Virus record (IMG/VR): IMGVR_UViG_3300025736_000018
Location: 652 to 64,651 of that record
DNA: 64,000 nucleotides
Reading direction: 5' to 3' (one strand)
Source of the DNA: a virus
Shown: positions 62,079 through 64,000 of the stretch, piece by piece
Numbering within the stretch: position 1 is the first letter of the stretch
Layout of the letters: each line of letters starts with the position of its first letter
The notes under the pieces: model-generated
The model's database searches: none
What the model was told of the DNA's origin: nothing
What the model saw: only the letters and a program-made list of their open reading frames with translations
Program-made: the position numbers and the translations under genes

Positions 62079-63074
62079 AGAAGGATTATAAAAAAAATGA
62101 AAGAAAGAAAACGTAAAAGAATATTAATCACTGGTGGATCTGGAATGGTTGGTCAATATATGAAAGATGAAGCAGAGCGTTGAGGTTATGATGTTTTTAA
62201 TAAAGTAAAATACTTATCAAGTGTTGATTGTGATTTACAAAGTACAACACAAACACGAGCTTGCTTCAAAATATTTAAACCTGATATAGTAATACATTTA
62301 GCAGCTAAAGTAGGCGGAATTATTACAAACTCACTAGAACCTGTGGAGTTTTATGAAGAGAACACATGTATTAATATAAACGTTGTTAAGATGTGTCATG
62401 AATATAATGCTAAATTAATAGCAATGGGTAGTACATGCTCATATCCAGATAAAGTTGATAAGTATCCAATGACAGAAGAGGATATATTTAATGGACCTCC
62501 TACTTGAGATCATTTTGCATATGCAATGTCAAAGAGAGGATTAATTACTCATATTGAATCATATAACAAAGAGTATAATAAAAATTGATGTTATATTATA
62601 CCATGTAATATATATGGAAAATATGATAAATATGATCAATATAATGGACACTTTTTATCATCTTTTATAAAAAGAATTACAACATTAGTAGAAACTACAA
62701 CATCAATAGAGTTATTTGGTACTGGAGAACCTTTAAGACAACACATATATGCCGGAGATGTAGCAAAAATATTATGGATTATGATTAATCGTAATATTAC
62801 AGAAAGTTTTAATGTTTGTCCAGATGAAAATTTAAACATTAATCACATTGCTGAAACAACACTGCAAAGTTGTTTAAGAGAAGATTTAAAAATTGTACAT
62901 AACCCTACAAAACTTGACGGTCAGTATAGAAAAGATGTATCAAATACTAAAATGAAGAATATTTTTGAAGATAAATGTATATCATTTGATTTTACTCCAC
63001 TAAGCGCTGGTATACGTCTTGTATATGATTATTTAATAGAGCAGCAAGAGTCTTTAGAATTAGGTAGTTGGTAA
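62079..63074 (+). CDS. GDP-L-fucose synthase-like epimerase/reductase (Fcl/ColC-like; four in-frame TGA); start unresolved
   Basis: ILITGGSGMVGQ, HLAAKVGGI, GSTCSYP, YAMSKR; no in-frame ATG/GTG/TTG between the stop at 62076 and the conserved N-terminus. Confidence 0.6.
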
Positions 63075-63080
63075 AAAATA

Positions 63081-63302
63081 ATGAATAAGGAAATAGCTAT
63101 GAAATACGGAGATTTAATTAGATTAAGAGAAGAGTTTATGGAAGAATCATGTTATGAAAGTTTTAGAGATCACACATTTGTTTTTATGGGTGAAATGAAT
63201 CAAATGCCAGGTCATTGTATTTTAATTCAGATACACACGGGGAAAGTACACGTAGGTTATCATACAGATAGCTTTAGACTATTAACAGATGATGAAGTAT
63301 AA
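63081..63302 (+). CDS. hypothetical protein
   Basis: 73-aa ORF. Confidence 0.4.
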   Translation: MNKEIAMKYGDLIRLREEFMEESCYESFRDHTFVFMGEMNQMPGHCILIQIHTGKVHVGYHTDSFRLLTDDEV

Positions 63303-63303
63303 A

Positions 63304-64000
63304 ATGGAAAAACACGATAAAATTAGCAAGGTAATGATTACTACAGAAGATGGTTTAAAATTTGACTTGGCTGATGCTGCACGAAGGTTTCCGGAAATTA
63401 TACGTGATGAAATTGATAGAGAAATATTAGAAAAGCTTCGTAAATCAGCACCAAAATTTCCAAAAGAGATGAAAGTAGCACTAATCACAGGTATATCAGG
63501 TCAGGATGGAAGCTATTTAGCAGAGCTATTACTTGAAAAAGATTACGAAGTGTGAGGTACTCTTAAAAGAAATTCAGTAGCTGAAAACCAATCTAGTAGA
63601 ATTAATCATATTAGATCACAACTACATTTAGAGTATGCTGATATGACAGATATGGCGTCGCTAATACGAGTTTTATCTATGTGTAAGCCAGATGAGGTAT
63701 ATAACTTAGCAGCTCAATCGCATGTACAGATATCATTTAATCAACCAATATATACAACTAATACTATTGTAATGGGAATAATTAATTTGCTTGAAGCAGT
63801 TAAATTAATATGTCCAGAAGCTAGAATATATCAAGCATCTTCTTCAGAAATGTTTGGCAATAGTATTGATGAAGACGGATATCAAAGAGAAACAACGCCA
63901 ATGCATCCTGTGAGTCCGTATGGTTGTGCTAAACTATTTGCGCATAAATTATGTCAAACATATAGAGCATCATATAATATGTATATCAGTTGTGGAATAT
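63304..64000 (+). CDS. gmd: GDP-mannose 4,6-dehydratase (Gmd), 3'-truncated by the window edge; alternative start ATG 63469
   Basis: [28 protein letters not shown](TGA)-[34 protein letters not shown]. Confidence 0.8.

Noticed and set aside
148-63488. Minus-strand ORFs in the six-frame track (for example 148-426, 22905-23294, 53039-53443, 56870-57100)
   Set aside because: All overlap stronger + strand genes. They have low-complexity, AT-codon-driven translations with no RBS or homology signal. The genome appears transcribed from one strand throughout.
51813-64000. TGA read as Gly (code 25) instead of Trp
   Set aside because: The GW-motif paralogs place TGA exactly where the other copies encode Trp with TGG, and the contexts are aromatic. 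The GroEL positions are uninformative, so Gly is not formally excluded.
1-64000. CRISPR arrays, integrases, transposases or other mobile elements
   Set aside because: No spaced direct-repeat arrays were seen, and no recombinase or transposase motifs were recognised in any frame.

Overview
AT-rich window of roughly 30% GC with all credible genes on the + strand, read as one segment of a large dsDNA bacteriophage genome. It carries nine tRNA genes, including an amber-suppressor tRNA(CUA), and a phage-encoded tmRNA. A regulatory cassette of about 80 bp is reiterated about 16 times and is usually followed by the leader AACTTGGAGGTTATTAAG-ATG. Many genes are continuous only if TGA is read as a sense codon. 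Three small paralogs carry a conserved GW motif, and the TGA in one of them aligns with TGG-encoded Trp in the other two, so TGA most likely encodes Trp (translation table 4). TGA usage is patchy. It is almost absent from the large enzymes in the first 36 kb and from the DnaE core, and dense in the 51.8-64 kb glycosylation and structural module. Recognisable modules are an RNA-repair and translation-rescue set (RtcB, a second RNA-ligase-like protein, CCA-adding enzyme, PTH2-like peptidyl-tRNA hydrolase, tRNAs, tmRNA), NAD+ salvage (PncA, PncB, NadE), thymidylate and dUTP metabolism (ThyX, dUTPase), an RlmN-like radical SAM enzyme, a complete preQ0 7-deazaguanine pathway (FolE2, QueD, QueE, QueC) with a candidate transglycosylase, a DnaE polymerase read contiguously with an N-terminal T5orf172 domain, a RecB/Cas4-like nuclease, and a late module with three glycosyltransferases, a GroEL-like chaperonin, a ClpP-like protease and a GDP-sugar pathway (Gmd, Fcl/ColC-like, ColD-like 3-dehydratase). 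The sugar pathway suggests a phage-encoded 3,6-dideoxyhexose glycosylation system. Several apparent single-nucleotide frameshifts are noted. Minus-strand ORFs in the track appear spurious.
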